From Octopus sinensis (taxonomy: Eukaryota), in contig NC_043024.1 in the NCBI RefSeq assembly GCF_006345805.1, positions 19,220,001 to 19,284,000 on the forward strand: 64,000 nucleotides of DNA. Direction: 5' to 3'. Shown here piece by piece: positions 50,718 through 62,285 of the stretch. The notes beneath the pieces are model-generated. The model worked only from the letters and a program-made list of their open reading frames with translations. It did no database searches and had not been told where the DNA came from. Made by a program: the position numbers and the translations under genes. Position 1 is the stretch's first letter; each line of letters opens with the position of its first letter.

Positions 50718-52040
50718 ACAATAATCTTCACTCTGTTATGTTTACCCTTAGTGGAAGATTCTGATGAGAATATTTTACCAATATTCCTTGTATTGATGTT
50801 TGTGTGTGTATACAAAACAGACGAGAGGTTCTTTTCCCCAAATGGAATTGTATATTGTTTTAGTGACAACATCATGTCACACAGGAAGGTTTGATTACAT
50901 TTTTAGGCAATTGCTATTCACGATAATCTGTCATAACTTACTTTTTCAATCTCCAAGGGCTTTACCGTTCTAATATTTATTACCTATTTTGTAGCAATAT
51001 CTTGTTCTTTGATTACAAATGCAGAGCCTTCAAAATGTGTTGTGATGTATGTGTGGGCATCATCAATGTCATCATCGTCGTTGTCGTCAACATCATCATC
51101 ATTTGACATCAGTTTTCCATGCTGGCATGGTTGGGATGGCTTGACAAGAGCTGGAAAGCTAGAGAGCTGTACCAGGCTCTGTTGTGTGTTTTGGCATGGT
51201 TTCTGTGTCTGGGTGCCATTCCTAACACCAACCATTTTACAGAGTGTAAGTGGATTTGGTAGACGAAAACTGAAAGAAACCCATCGTATATATATATCTG
51301 ACTGGACTGGTGCAGCTTTCGGGCTCCCCAGACCCCAGTTGAACCGTCCAACCCATGCTAGCATGGAAAGCGGACGTTAAATGAAGATGATGATGATGAT
51401 GAGATGATATATGTATGTGTGTGTATATGTTTGTGTATCTGTGTTTGTCCTCCCCACGATTGCTTGACACCTGATGTAGGTGTGTTTGCATCCCTGTAAC
51501 TCAGTGGTTTGGCAAAAGAAACTAATAGAATAAGTACTAGGCTTGCAAAGAGTAAGTCCTGTGGTCGATTTGCTCAACTAAAGGTGGTGCTCCAGCATGG
51601 CCACAGTCAAATGACTGAAGCAAGTAAAAGAATTAAAGAATATATATGGACTCTCCTGTTGGTAGACGATATATGAGGGGTCAGCACTTTGTTGCTGAAC
51701 AACCACACAGATAATTTGTTTATTGTGCTCAAATGTTTGTGCAATCATAAGCTCAGTCTCTCCATCAAATTGATATTAACTGTACAGGTGCACCAAGAGC
51801 CATATGTCAGATGACGAAATGATCTCAGAGCAACATGAAGTGAAATGTTTTGCTTAAGAACACAAAGCTATGCCCAGTCTGGGACCTGAACCCATAATCT
51901 CACAATCGTGAGTGCAACACCACAACCACGATATGTGTGTGTATGAATCGATATATATATATGTATGCATGTATATACATTCATTAGGTGAGAGCTAGAT
52001 AAGCTATGTATAGAAAACACATAAGTGTTATGTGTTTTCT

Positions 52041-52567
52041 ATACTGATAGGGCACAGAAGGTGTGTCAATAGCCAGCTGGGGTAGGTGTCCTCCTGGGGC
52101 TACAAGCTACAGTAGCATCAACCCTTAAGTGTTAGCCACATTTAAGTGGAAAATATACTTCACATTGTCATGCAGCTACTGTTTATACTTTGCTCAGAGA
52201 TTTATTATTGCTTGTTTACACTTTTTCAATATCAGTGACTTTTCGTCACTGGAAAAAGGAAATATGTATTTGCATTGGGACCCCTTCGCATCGAAGACCA
52301 GTGATTGTCATACACTGATGATGGGTAAATACCCAGAAACCCGGGTCCGTGTGTATCACGTCAGGTTGACAATGGGAAGGATGGCTTCCCTTTGCAAATA
52401 CTGATAGGGCACAGAAAGTGTGTCAATAGCCAGCTGGAGAAAGTATCCACCTGGGGCTACAAGCTACAGTAGCATCCACCCTTAGGGGTTAGCCACATTT
52501 AAGTGGCAAATGTACTTCACGATGTCATGCATCTACTGTTTATACCTTGCTCAGAGATTTATTATTG
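52041..52567 (+). mobile_element. Retrozyme/Penelope-like partial tandem element (357-bp period, 170-bp direct repeats)
   Basis: 52041-52210 ~ 52398-52567; HHR between the repeats; homologous to 11554-11814. Confidence 0.8.
52309..52353 (+). ncRNA. Type I hammerhead ribozyme with canonical core
   Basis: Core CTGATGA (52315-52321); stem II TGGGT-AAAT-ACCCA; GAAA; palindrome ACCCGGGT; GUC triplet (C17 = 52347); stem I CATACA/CGTGTG with an A.C mismatch at its base. Confidence 0.8.
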
Positions 52568-52734
52568 AGTGTTTGAATGAATTTAAAATGAATCTCCAGC
52601 TTCTCCCTCCAGGGCAGGACCCAAAGTTTTCAAGTGGGTTTGGGCTCAATGTAGTCTCTGCATGCAACTGGGTAACTTGTCCCCAGTTGCATTATTCTGA
52701 CGTTTTGTGAATCTTGCCGACAAAAATTATAATT

Positions 52735-52896
52735 ATGGAGTGGCTGTGTGGTAAGTAGCTTGTTTACCAACCACATGATTCTGGGTTCAGTCCCACTGCG
52801 TGGCACATTGAGCAAGTGTCTTCTACTATAGCCTTGGGCCGACCAAAGCCTTGTGAGTGAATTTGGTAGATGGAAACTGAAAAGAAGCCTGTCGTA

Positions 52897-52945
<49 letters not shown>

Positions 52946-53150
52946 ATGTGTGTGTGTTTGTCCCCCTAGCATTGCTTGACAACCGATGCTGGTGTGTTTA
53001 TGTCCCCGTCACTTAGCGGTTCGGCAAAAGAGACCGATAGAATAAGTACTGGACTTACAAAGAATAAGTCCTGGGGTCGAGTTGCTCGATTAAAGGCGGT
53101 GCTCCAGCATGGCCGCAGTCAAATGACTGAAACAAGTAAAAAAGTAAAAA
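52735..53150 (+). mobile_element. SINE family A, full length
   Basis: Head, internal microsatellite and tail present. Confidence 0.9.
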
Positions 53151-53371
53151 GCAACTTTTCGCTTCCTGAAATAGCTTACGAGTTTCGTAATTTCTTGATA
53201 TTTCATTTTATATTTATTCTGCTCCTAACTATGTATATCTGCATTTCTACCTCTCTCTTTCTCTATCTCTCCCTCTCCTTCTCTTGCTCCCCCACACACA
53301 TAATGTATTGTTTTATGATAGATAATTCAACAAAAAAGCACTCCATCTGGTGAGAGATAAACATTATTTAT

Positions 53372-53640
53372 TTAAAGGGCACCATACATGTCTAAGTACT
53401 ACTAATAGTTTAATATGTTGAGAAACATCTCAACCACATTTTTCAGGTGCAAATCACCACATAACGAACTAAAGAAATTTGAATAATAGAAGGAAAAGCA
53501 AAAAAAACTGAGAAAGCAGCTTATAGAAAGCACGGAAAGTAAAAATCAGTTTTTTTTTAGTTCGTTATGATTTGTGGTTTGTGCCTGAGGAATATCTTTA
53601 TGATATTTCTCAACATCTGAAACTATTAATAGCCCTTGAA
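53372..53640. mobile_element. Diverged foldback/MITE
   Basis: TTAAAGGGC...ATAACGAACTAAA pairs with TTAGTTCGTTAT...GCCCTTGAA; single-arm relative at 6327-6445. Confidence 0.6.
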
Positions 53641-53671
53641 AAAGACACGTATTGCATCATTTAAATAAATA

Positions 53672-53703
<32 letters not shown>

Positions 53704-55171
53704 ATACATTGGTAAAAACGGTAAGATAACAAAAGAAAGAAAGAGACCTCAATATTATGTAAATAGAGGAATTTATCTGTAAAATAATATGTGGCAATTA
53801 TTCAATAGCAAATGTCCTCTTCTATAGCCTTGGACCAACCAAACCCTGTGAGTAGATTTGGGAGAAAGAAATTGAAAGAAGCCCACGGTGTGTATTTATA
53901 TATCAATCTGTGTATGTTTTTGTATCTGTGTTTCACTACCACCACCACCACCACCACCACCACCACCACTTGACAACTGGTTTCTGTGTGTTTACTTCCC
54001 TGTAACTTAGCAGTTCGGCAAGAAAGACTAATAGAATAAGTGTCGGTCTTAGCAAAAGATAAGTACTTGGTGGGGTGGGGGTGTCGATTCCTTCAGGTAA
54101 AAATTCTTCATGGTAGTGCCCCAACATGGCCACAGTCTAATAACAAAAAGAAAAAAAAAGAAGAGAAGTAAAATAAATAAACCCCTCTGTGATCAAAAAA
54201 TTCTGCAAATTGAATATATAACAATTGCAAATTCCTTACAACAACTTAGAATACATAAAGTATAAGAAAATATCTTGGGAACTTAGAAACTTTCTGCTGC
54301 CAGTTGATGGAACAAGCCTGGAAGTGTCAGATTGGTATTTTCGAATTTTCAAAGAATAACTATTTCTTTCTACACAGTGAATTCCATAAAGAACAGACCA
54401 AAATGCCAGGAATAGTGCTGACTTTGTGATGTTCAAATTGTCTACAGTTTTTTTTTTGAAGCATCAATATTTTTCTTCATTACGGTTCCAGTTATTATTT
54501 AATATGTATAAATGGTTGGTTCTAAATTAATAACAAAGAAAATCTGGATTATATGGAACTAGCTCTTGCTTAACACAGTTTGAGTTGGTTATTTCAATAA
54601 GATCGGTATCAGTATCTGCCTGCCAGATGGTTTTGGTGCCAGGATGTCTAAAACCCATATACATTCTTAACAATTGGTTAATTCATTGCAAATATATTCA
54701 ACAGCAGATTGAGGACTTTTAAGATTATGGATTCCATTCTTGGCCTGGATGGCAAAGTTATGTCCTTGAACAAAGCATTTCATTTCTTGATGCTCTGGCG
54801 CTGTGAGGGAACCAGCATGCCAAAAGAATAGACCCAATGTTTCCTCTCTCTGTGTTGTAAGATGCAACTTGAAGTGAGGTAGGATTTGTTTCCTGACCTT
54901 GTAAAACTTGGGATTTGGTTTGTCAGATTCTTTATATGAGTTCGTGTGCTGAAGCATATTCTGTTGTGTCTGGGGAGAGCAGACGGTAAACAACGATGAT
55001 GACGACAATGATGATGGTACACATACACACACACACACACACACAGATACGATGGGTTACTTTTAATTTCTGTCTACCAAATCCAATCTGAAGGTTTTGG
55101 TCAGCCTGAAGATATAGAAGAAGACACTTGCCCAAGGTACCACTCAGTTGGACTGAACCTAGAACCATGTA

Positions 55172-55780
55172 CAGTTGCGGCCAAAATATTCAAAATTGTT
55201 TTCGTCAGAGAAGTAGGTATAAGATCACCCAGCAAGAAATTGAAAATTTAATTTCATCATGCAGTCGAAGATGTCAGAGTGTGATTGAAGCTAAAGGGCT
55301 TCACACTAAATATTAGATAATTTCAGTATTCTCTGTCATTTTTGATTATTTTGTTATTTTTTAAACCGTTCTGATCATTTTGACCGCCATGGGTTTTGCA
55401 GTAAATCCCTAAATCATCCATAATTTTTGTATTATCCTCTCAAATTACACCAAAATCTCAGACAATAACAATTGATATCGTCTTTATTGTTTATGAAAAT
55501 TATAGAATATAAAACAACTTCGATAAAAAATTATACCTACTTTTCTGACGAAAACAATGCCGTTCGGATCGTTTTGACTGCCATGGGTTTTGCAGTAAAT
55601 CCTTAAATCATCCATAACTTTTGTATTATCCTTTCAAATTACACCAAAATCTCAGACAATAACAAATAATATCGTATTTATTGTTTGTGAAAATTATAGA
55701 ATATAAAACAACTTCGATAAAAAATTATATCTACTTTTCTGACGAAAACAATGCCGTTCTGAACATTTTGGCCACAACTG
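55172..55780 (+). mobile_element. Tc1-derived non-autonomous transposon with TA target duplication and an internal ~190-bp duplication
   Basis: TA-CAGTTGCGGCCAAAAT ... ATTTTGGCCACAACTG-TA; KITQQEIENLISSCSRRCQSVIEAKGLHTKY* resembles a Tc1 transposase C-terminus. Confidence 0.85.
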
Positions 55781-55984
55781 TAGATAAGAAACCACCTTCT
55801 GACCACCGGGCCAAGCCGGCTCCTTAGCCATGGCTGCACCTCTGTGTATTCACAGACAGAAGTGAAAGCATTTTATATGGTCTGGTGTCGGGTGGGGGGT
55901 GGGGGAAAGAGTGGAATATCAAAACAAACCATTTCTTTGATTTCCACAAGGACAACAGACAGAGAAAGACGGAAGACACAAGAC

Positions 55985-56276
55985 ACAATGATGGCAGGAG
56001 TGGTGGTCATTGTGGTGAGGATGATGGTGGAGATGATGGTGATGGTGGTATGAATGACGATGATGATGATGATGATAACGTTGATGATTATTGATGATGA
56101 CAGTGATGATGATGATGATGATGATTTTAATGACAGCAAATACAATGATAATGATGACGATAATAATGATGAGACCAATGACACCAATGATGCTGCTGCT
56201 GAGGATGATGATGAAGAGGATGCTGATGATGAAGAGGATGACTATGGTGGTAACGATGACGGTGACAATGATGACA

Positions 56277-56308
<32 letters not shown>

Positions 56309-56369
56309 GATGGTGATGATGATGAAGAGGATGACTATGGTGGTAACGATGATGGTGACTATGATCACA

Positions 56370-56400
<31 letters not shown>

Positions 56401-57305
56401 AGAGGATGACTATGGTGGTAACGATGACGGTGACAATGATCACAATGATGATGATGATGGCGACTATGACGACAAGGACAAGGAGGAAGACAATGGTGAT
56501 GATGCTGATGACAATTATGATGATAGCAATGACACTGACGATAATGGACATAAAAATGATGCCAACAATACCAATGATAATAGTGCAGGTGATGACAAAA
56601 ATCAGGATGATGATGATGATGATGATGATGAGGATGGTGATGGTGGTGGTGGTGGTGGTGGTAGCGATGATGATGATGATGAAGATAGTGATGATGTTGA
56701 TGGCAATGATGGTGATGTTGATGATGACAGTGATGATGGCAAAGGTGATGATGATGATGATGATGACGATGGTAGTGGTGGTGGTGTTGGTGTTGGTGGT
56801 GTTGGTGGTGGGGTGGTGGCGGCAATGAAAATGATGATGATAGGGATGATGGTGATGGCAATGATGGCGATGCTGATGATGATGATGATAGTGATGTTGA
56901 TGATGACAGTGATGATGGTGAAGGTGATGATTATGAGGATGATGAGGATGATGATGATGATGGTGGTGGTGGTGGTGGTGGTGATGATGATAATGATGAT
57001 GATAGGGATGATGGTGATGGCGATGATGACGATGACAATGACGATGATGATGCAGATGATGACCACAGCAAAACTTATGATGATGATGATGATGAGTTGG
57101 GTCATAAGAAACAAAAGAAATTATTCAAATTTCTAAAGAACCAAATATACTAAGAGTGTTAAATGTTTCATAAACTGAATAAAGAAAAAAAAGACAGAAA
57201 AATACTTCAAGAAGTGAAAATTCACAAACAAAATTGGCAGTTTGTCAGTGCTAGGCCATGATATTGATGATGATAGCTTCAGCAGCAACAGCAGCTGTAG
57301 TAGTG

Positions 57306-57356
<51 letters not shown>

Positions 57357-57387
57357 ATAGTAGTAATAGTAGTAGTAGTAGTAGTAA

Positions 57388-57434
<47 letters not shown>

Positions 57435-57830
57435 ATAGTAGTAGTAGTAGTGGTAGTAGTAGTGGTAGTAGTAGTAGTAGTAATAGTAGTAGTAATGGTA
57501 GTGGTAGTAGTAGTAGTGGTGGTGGTGGTGGTAGTAGTAATAGTAGTAGTAGTAATGGTAGTGGTAGTAGTAGTAGTAGTGGTGGTAGTAGTAGTAGTAG
57601 TAGTAGCGGTAGTAGTAGCAGTAGTGGTCGTAGTAGTAGTAGTAATAGTCGTAGTAATGGTGGTTGTAGTAGTAATAATATTAGTGGTAGTAGTAGTCGT
57701 GGTAGTAATAATAGTAGTAGTAGTAATAGTAGTAGTAGTGGTAGTAGTAGTAGTAGTAATAGTAATAATAGTAGTAGTAGTGATAGTAGTAGTAGTGGTA
57801 GTAATAGTAGTAGTAGTTGTAGTAGTAGTA
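55985..57830. repeat. (GAT/GGT)n tract (55985-57095) and (AGT)n tract (57295-57830)
   Basis: Source of the poly-D/M/S/T/V ORFs. Confidence 0.95.
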
Positions 57831-58042
57831 AGAACAGTCGTCATTGTCATTATCCTTAACATCATAATTGTTGCTCTTGTTGTTATCGTCATCTTTTTGG
57901 TCTAAATACATGATGATGATCAATATGGCTTTGTGTTGGAAGCTGTGTTCTGTCCAATATGTCTTTATTTTTGCGATTCCAAAAAACACGGATTACATTG
58001 TTAAGCAATGTTGCTTTGTTTGATCAGCTCTTTTGTCGACTG

Positions 58043-58490
58043 TACTCTTTACTCTTTTACTCTTTTACATGTTTCAGTCATTTGACTGCGGCCATGCTGG
58101 AGCACCGCCTTTTAGTCGAGTGAATCGACCCCGGGACTTATTCTTTGTAAGCCTAGTACTTATTCTATCAATCTCTTTTGCTGAACCGCTAAGTTACGGG
58201 GACGTAAACATACCAGCATCGGTTGTCAAGCAATGTTGGGGGGACAAACACAGACACACAAACACAGACACACAAACATACACACACACACACATATATA
58301 CGTATATACATATATATATATATACATACACACATATACATATATATGACAGGCTTCTTTCAGTTTCCGTCTACCAAATCCACTCAAAAGGTTTTGGTCA
58401 GCCCTTGCTCAAGGTGCCACATAGTGGGACTGAACCCAGAACCATGTGGTTTGTAAGCAAGCTACTTACCCCACAGCCACTCCTACGCCT
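58043..58490 (-). mobile_element. SINE family A with a small internal deletion
   Basis: Reverse copy. Confidence 0.9.
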
Positions 58491-58955
58491 ACTTGAAATT
58501 CATGCGGCTTGTTGAGAAATCTTTTAAGAACTGCCCTGCCCACTCAACAGCTCATTTAATTATCCTGGCTACATCACTTTCAAAGTATATTTGGAAAGCT
58601 AGAAACAAAAAGGGAAACTATTTGCCATTTTAGCTTAAACTTAAATGGAGAAAAAGCAAACTTATATCAAGGTGTTTAATTATGTCCAAATACCTTGACA
58701 ATTTCAAGAGAACCAATTTGAACTCATGATACAGAGCAGATGATAGCAGACTTGAAAAAATATGCACAAAATATCACATTTACAGCAGCTACAGTCAAGC
58801 AATAAAATTTGTTTCAAGCATGATGTTATTTATTCAAATGGTCAAAAGATAGGGTCACTCTAACAAAAATGTAATACTTCTTTAATTGACATTTAATACA
58901 TACATATATACATACATACATATATATATATATATACACACATATATACACATAC

Positions 58956-58991
<36 letters not shown>

Positions 58992-59044
58992 GAGGCGCAT
59001 GGCTCACTGGTTAGAGCGTTGAGCTTATGATCATATTTATATGT

Positions 59045-59290
59045 GGAGGCACGTGGCTTAGTGGTTAGGGTGTCAGCATCATGATCGTAAGATTGTGGTT
59101 TCGATTCCCGGACCGGGCTACGCATTGTGTTCTTGAGAAAAATCCTTCATTTTACATCGCTCCAGTCCACTCAGCTGGCAAAAATGAGTAACGCTGCGAT
59201 GGACTGGCGTCCTATCCAGCTGGGGAACAAATACGCCATAGAAACCAGGAAACTGGGCCCATGAGCCTGGCTAGGCTTTAAAAGGGTACA
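59045..59290 (+). mobile_element. tRNA/CORE-type SINE with GCGATGGACTGGCGTCC domain
   Basis: GGAGGCACGTGGCTTAGTGG head; a second truncated head lies at 58990-59035. Confidence 0.75.
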
Positions 59291-59705
59291 TTTACTTTAC
59301 TTTATACACACACACACACACATATATATATAATGTCGAATTCTCTCCTTTCACTGAGAGTCAGATCAATGCATTTTATATGCACATCCTCATATTCGTT
59401 TTTTTTTCCCATTTTCTTATTAGTTTATATGAATTGTTTGTTTATTTGAATTGACTATATATATATGTATACTTCGATCCTTGGATTTTATATTTCTATA
59501 TCACTTGTTCCCATCCTAGTGAATACTAACTGCGTGGAAGACATGGAAGTGAAGAAAATGAAATTATCTACTCCATTCCTTGACTCTTGTATACTTATTT
59601 GCATACCTGGCAACCTGGATTACCTAACATGAAATATAAAAGACCCTCAAAGTTCTTTTTTATATTTACTACAGAATGCTTGAAGCCACCACAGTCCTTG
59701 GTTCT

Positions 59706-59736
<31 letters not shown>

Positions 59737-59737
<1 letters not shown>

Positions 59738-60044
59738 CTAGCAGTATCACCCGGCGATGCTCGGGTTTGTAAGGGAAATAACTATATAAGCATTTTTAGA
59801 GAGTTACCTCCCTTATATAAACCAAGCAAAAAATGCATTAAAATGCGAAAAAATGATGGTAAATTTTTTATCATCGTAGACTCATCGTAGACGTGCGCTA
59901 ATACCCAGAAGGGCTCGGTATGAATCACGACTATAAGATACCCACTTTTGGTTAAACTGCACTGCAAAATGTGGGAGGAGTTAGGAATCTAAGTCGGAGG
60001 AGACAGACTCTCACACACACAACTTCAGTTTTATATATAAAGAT
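59737..60044 (+). mobile_element. Helentron/DINE-1-like non-autonomous element
   Basis: Starts ACTAG with subterminal hairpin CCCGGCGATGCTCGGG; ends TTTTATATATAAAGAT; sits in TA repeats. Confidence 0.5.
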
Positions 60045-60056
60045 ATATATTTATAT

Positions 60057-60457
60057 ATATAAATAAAAAGGGGCGAGCAACAGTTTGCTTAGCCACATAC
60101 CGAAAAATCAGAAATGGCAGTCAAAAACTGTTTATTTCTATTTTCCTCAAATATGACTCCACATGCAACATATCCATGTAATTCACATATGTAAAACAGA
60201 AGGAAAAAATAACGAAAACAAAATCTAGCATTAGTTACGGACGTGTTTCTGGATTAGAATTATAAATCAATTAATTTTCTTTGTCAATGCAACATGTTTT
60301 CGTTATTTTTTCCTTCTGTTTTACATATGTGAATTACATGGATATGTTGTATGTGGAATCATATTTATGGAAAATACAAATAAACAGTCTTTGACTGCTG
60401 TTTCTGATTTTTCGGTATGTGGCTAAGCAACCAGTTGCTCACCCCTTTTTATTTATA
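60057..60457. mobile_element. Foldback MITE with ~163-bp inverted arms
   Basis: 60057-60220 vs 60295-60457, TA flanks. Confidence 0.8.
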
Positions 60458-60467
60458 CACATATATA

Positions 60468-60616
60468 TCACCTTGATCACGTTGACCGACCAGTCTGTCA
60501 GGCGTCCATTTGACACCGCTGGTCACAGCACGCTGTTCACTCCTCTCTGGATCGCGCCTTTCTCATCCACTTGATCCCAATCGTCCTCCTGAAATCATAA
60601 TTCCACCGTCGTGGAA
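60468..60616 (-). mobile_element. RTE-type LINE extreme 3' end sharing its tail with SINE family D
   Basis: PRRWNYDFRRTIGIKWMRKARSREE*; tail TGTGACCAGCG...CTGGTCGGTCA.GTGATCA.GGTGA(TA)n. Confidence 0.65.
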
Positions 60617-60714
60617 TATATATATATATAGAACTTTTAAAAAAAAGTTCCTACCAATAATGGTTATATTTACATACTGAATTCTACCCGTAAATAATTG
60701 TTGAATTTTTAAAA

Positions 60715-61091
60715 TTAATAATTGTTTGCCCTTTTATATATATATATATATATATAACGCAAGCGGGGTGGCATCATTTGAAGGCTTAAACAATGGATTA
60801 ATAATTGTTTGCCCTTTTATATATATATATATATATATAATAACGCAAGCGGGGTGGCATCATTTGAAGGCTTAAACAATGGATTAATAATTGTTTGCCC
60901 TTTTATATATATATATATATATATAACGCAAGCGGGGTGGCATCATTTGAAGGCTTAAACAATGGATTAATAATTGTTTGCCCTTTTATATATATATATA
61001 TATATATAACGCAAGCGGGGTGGCATCATTTGAAGGCTTAAACATTGTGACCAGCGATGTGCAACAACATCTGATAGCCTGGTTGGTCACG

Positions 61092-61095
<4 letters not shown>
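60715..61095 (+). repeat. Four tandem 83-86-bp units (flank + (TA)n + SINE D fragment)
   Basis: Units start at 60715, 60798, 60884, 60967 and differ only in TA length. Confidence 0.9.
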
Positions 61096-61126
<31 letters not shown>

Positions 61127-61413
61127 TGGAAATTAAAAGCAAACAACAAAAGTCAAAAGGACATAAACATTAGTGGGTGTATAATGTTTTGAGCATGACT
61201 CTTCTTCAAGAAGAAGAGAGAGGAGAGGTCTGAAGACAAGGGAAAACAATACGTGTCTGGTTAGATTGCAATGCACAAAAATGTTGAATGTGCAGTAATC
61301 GAGTGAGTAATGAATAAAGTTGATCAAGTGTAATAAGAGCATTTGACGGCAGTTTCTTCATTTTAGATTCTTCAGAAATTGTATAGAAAGGAATTTCATA
61401 TAATATTACATAA

Positions 61414-61992
61414 CAGTGTGTGTGTTTGTGCTTGTGTTTGTGTTTGTGTGTGTGTGTTTGTGCTTGTGTGTGTGTTTGTGTGTGTGTGTGGTGTGTTTGT
61501 GTGTGTTTGTGTGTGTTGTGTGTTTGTGTGTGTGTGTGTGTGTGTATTTGTGTGTGTGTGTGTGTATTTGTGTGTGTGTGTGGTTGTGTGTGTGTGTGGT
61601 GTGTGTGTGTGTGTGTGTTGTGTGTTGTGTGTGTGCTTTTGTGTGTGTGTGTGCGTGTTTGGGTGTGTTTGTGTGTGTGTGTGCGTGTGTGTATGCTTTT
61701 GTGTGTGTATGCTTTTGTGTGTTGTGTGTGTGTGTGTGTTTGGGTGTGTGTGTTTGTGTGTGTGCGTGTGTGTATGCTTTTGTGTGTGTATGCTTTTGTG
61801 TGTGTGTGTGTGCGTGTTTGGGTGTGTGTGTTTGTGTGTGTGCGTGTGTGTATGCTTTTGTGTGTGTGTGTGCGTGTTTGGGTGTATTTGTGTGTTTTTG
61901 TGCGTTTGTGTGTGTGTGTGTGTGTATTTGTGTGTTTGTGTGTGTGTGTGTGTGTGTTTGCGTGTGTGTGTGTGTGTGTTTGTGTGTGTGTA
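61414..61992. repeat. Degenerate (GT)n tract
   Basis: Source of the poly-CV/HT ORFs. Confidence 0.95.
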
Positions 61993-62006
61993 GATCTCCT
62001 CCTGAC

Positions 62007-62087
62007 ATCATATCAAAGTTGTAAACAAAATTCCCTGTTATACAAGCAGTGTCATTCATATCCAGTCGTCTTTGTAGACACATCACA
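62007..62087 (-). CDS. Candidate 81-nt exon (VMCLQRRLDMNDTACITGNFVYNFDM)
   Basis: Strong acceptor tttcccatttccttctag; only the phase-2 frame is open, matching the upstream candidate; donor GTCAGG is weak. Confidence 0.3.
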
Positions 62088-62285
62088 CTAGAAGGAAATG
62101 GGAAATATAATGACAGCAATAACAGCGGCAGAAGTGGTGATGGTGGTGGTGGTGGCAGTAGTGATGACGATGATGAGTATGATGACGATGATGAGTATGA
62201 TGACGATGATGCCAACTACACTGGTCACAAGGATGATGTCAACGAGGATGTTGGTGGTGATGTTACATTTCTCTTGTTTACTTAC

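Noticed and set aside
54236-54436. Hydrophobic ORF SALFLAFWSVLYGIHCVERNSY
   Set aside because: No credible acceptor or ATG; no recognisable family.
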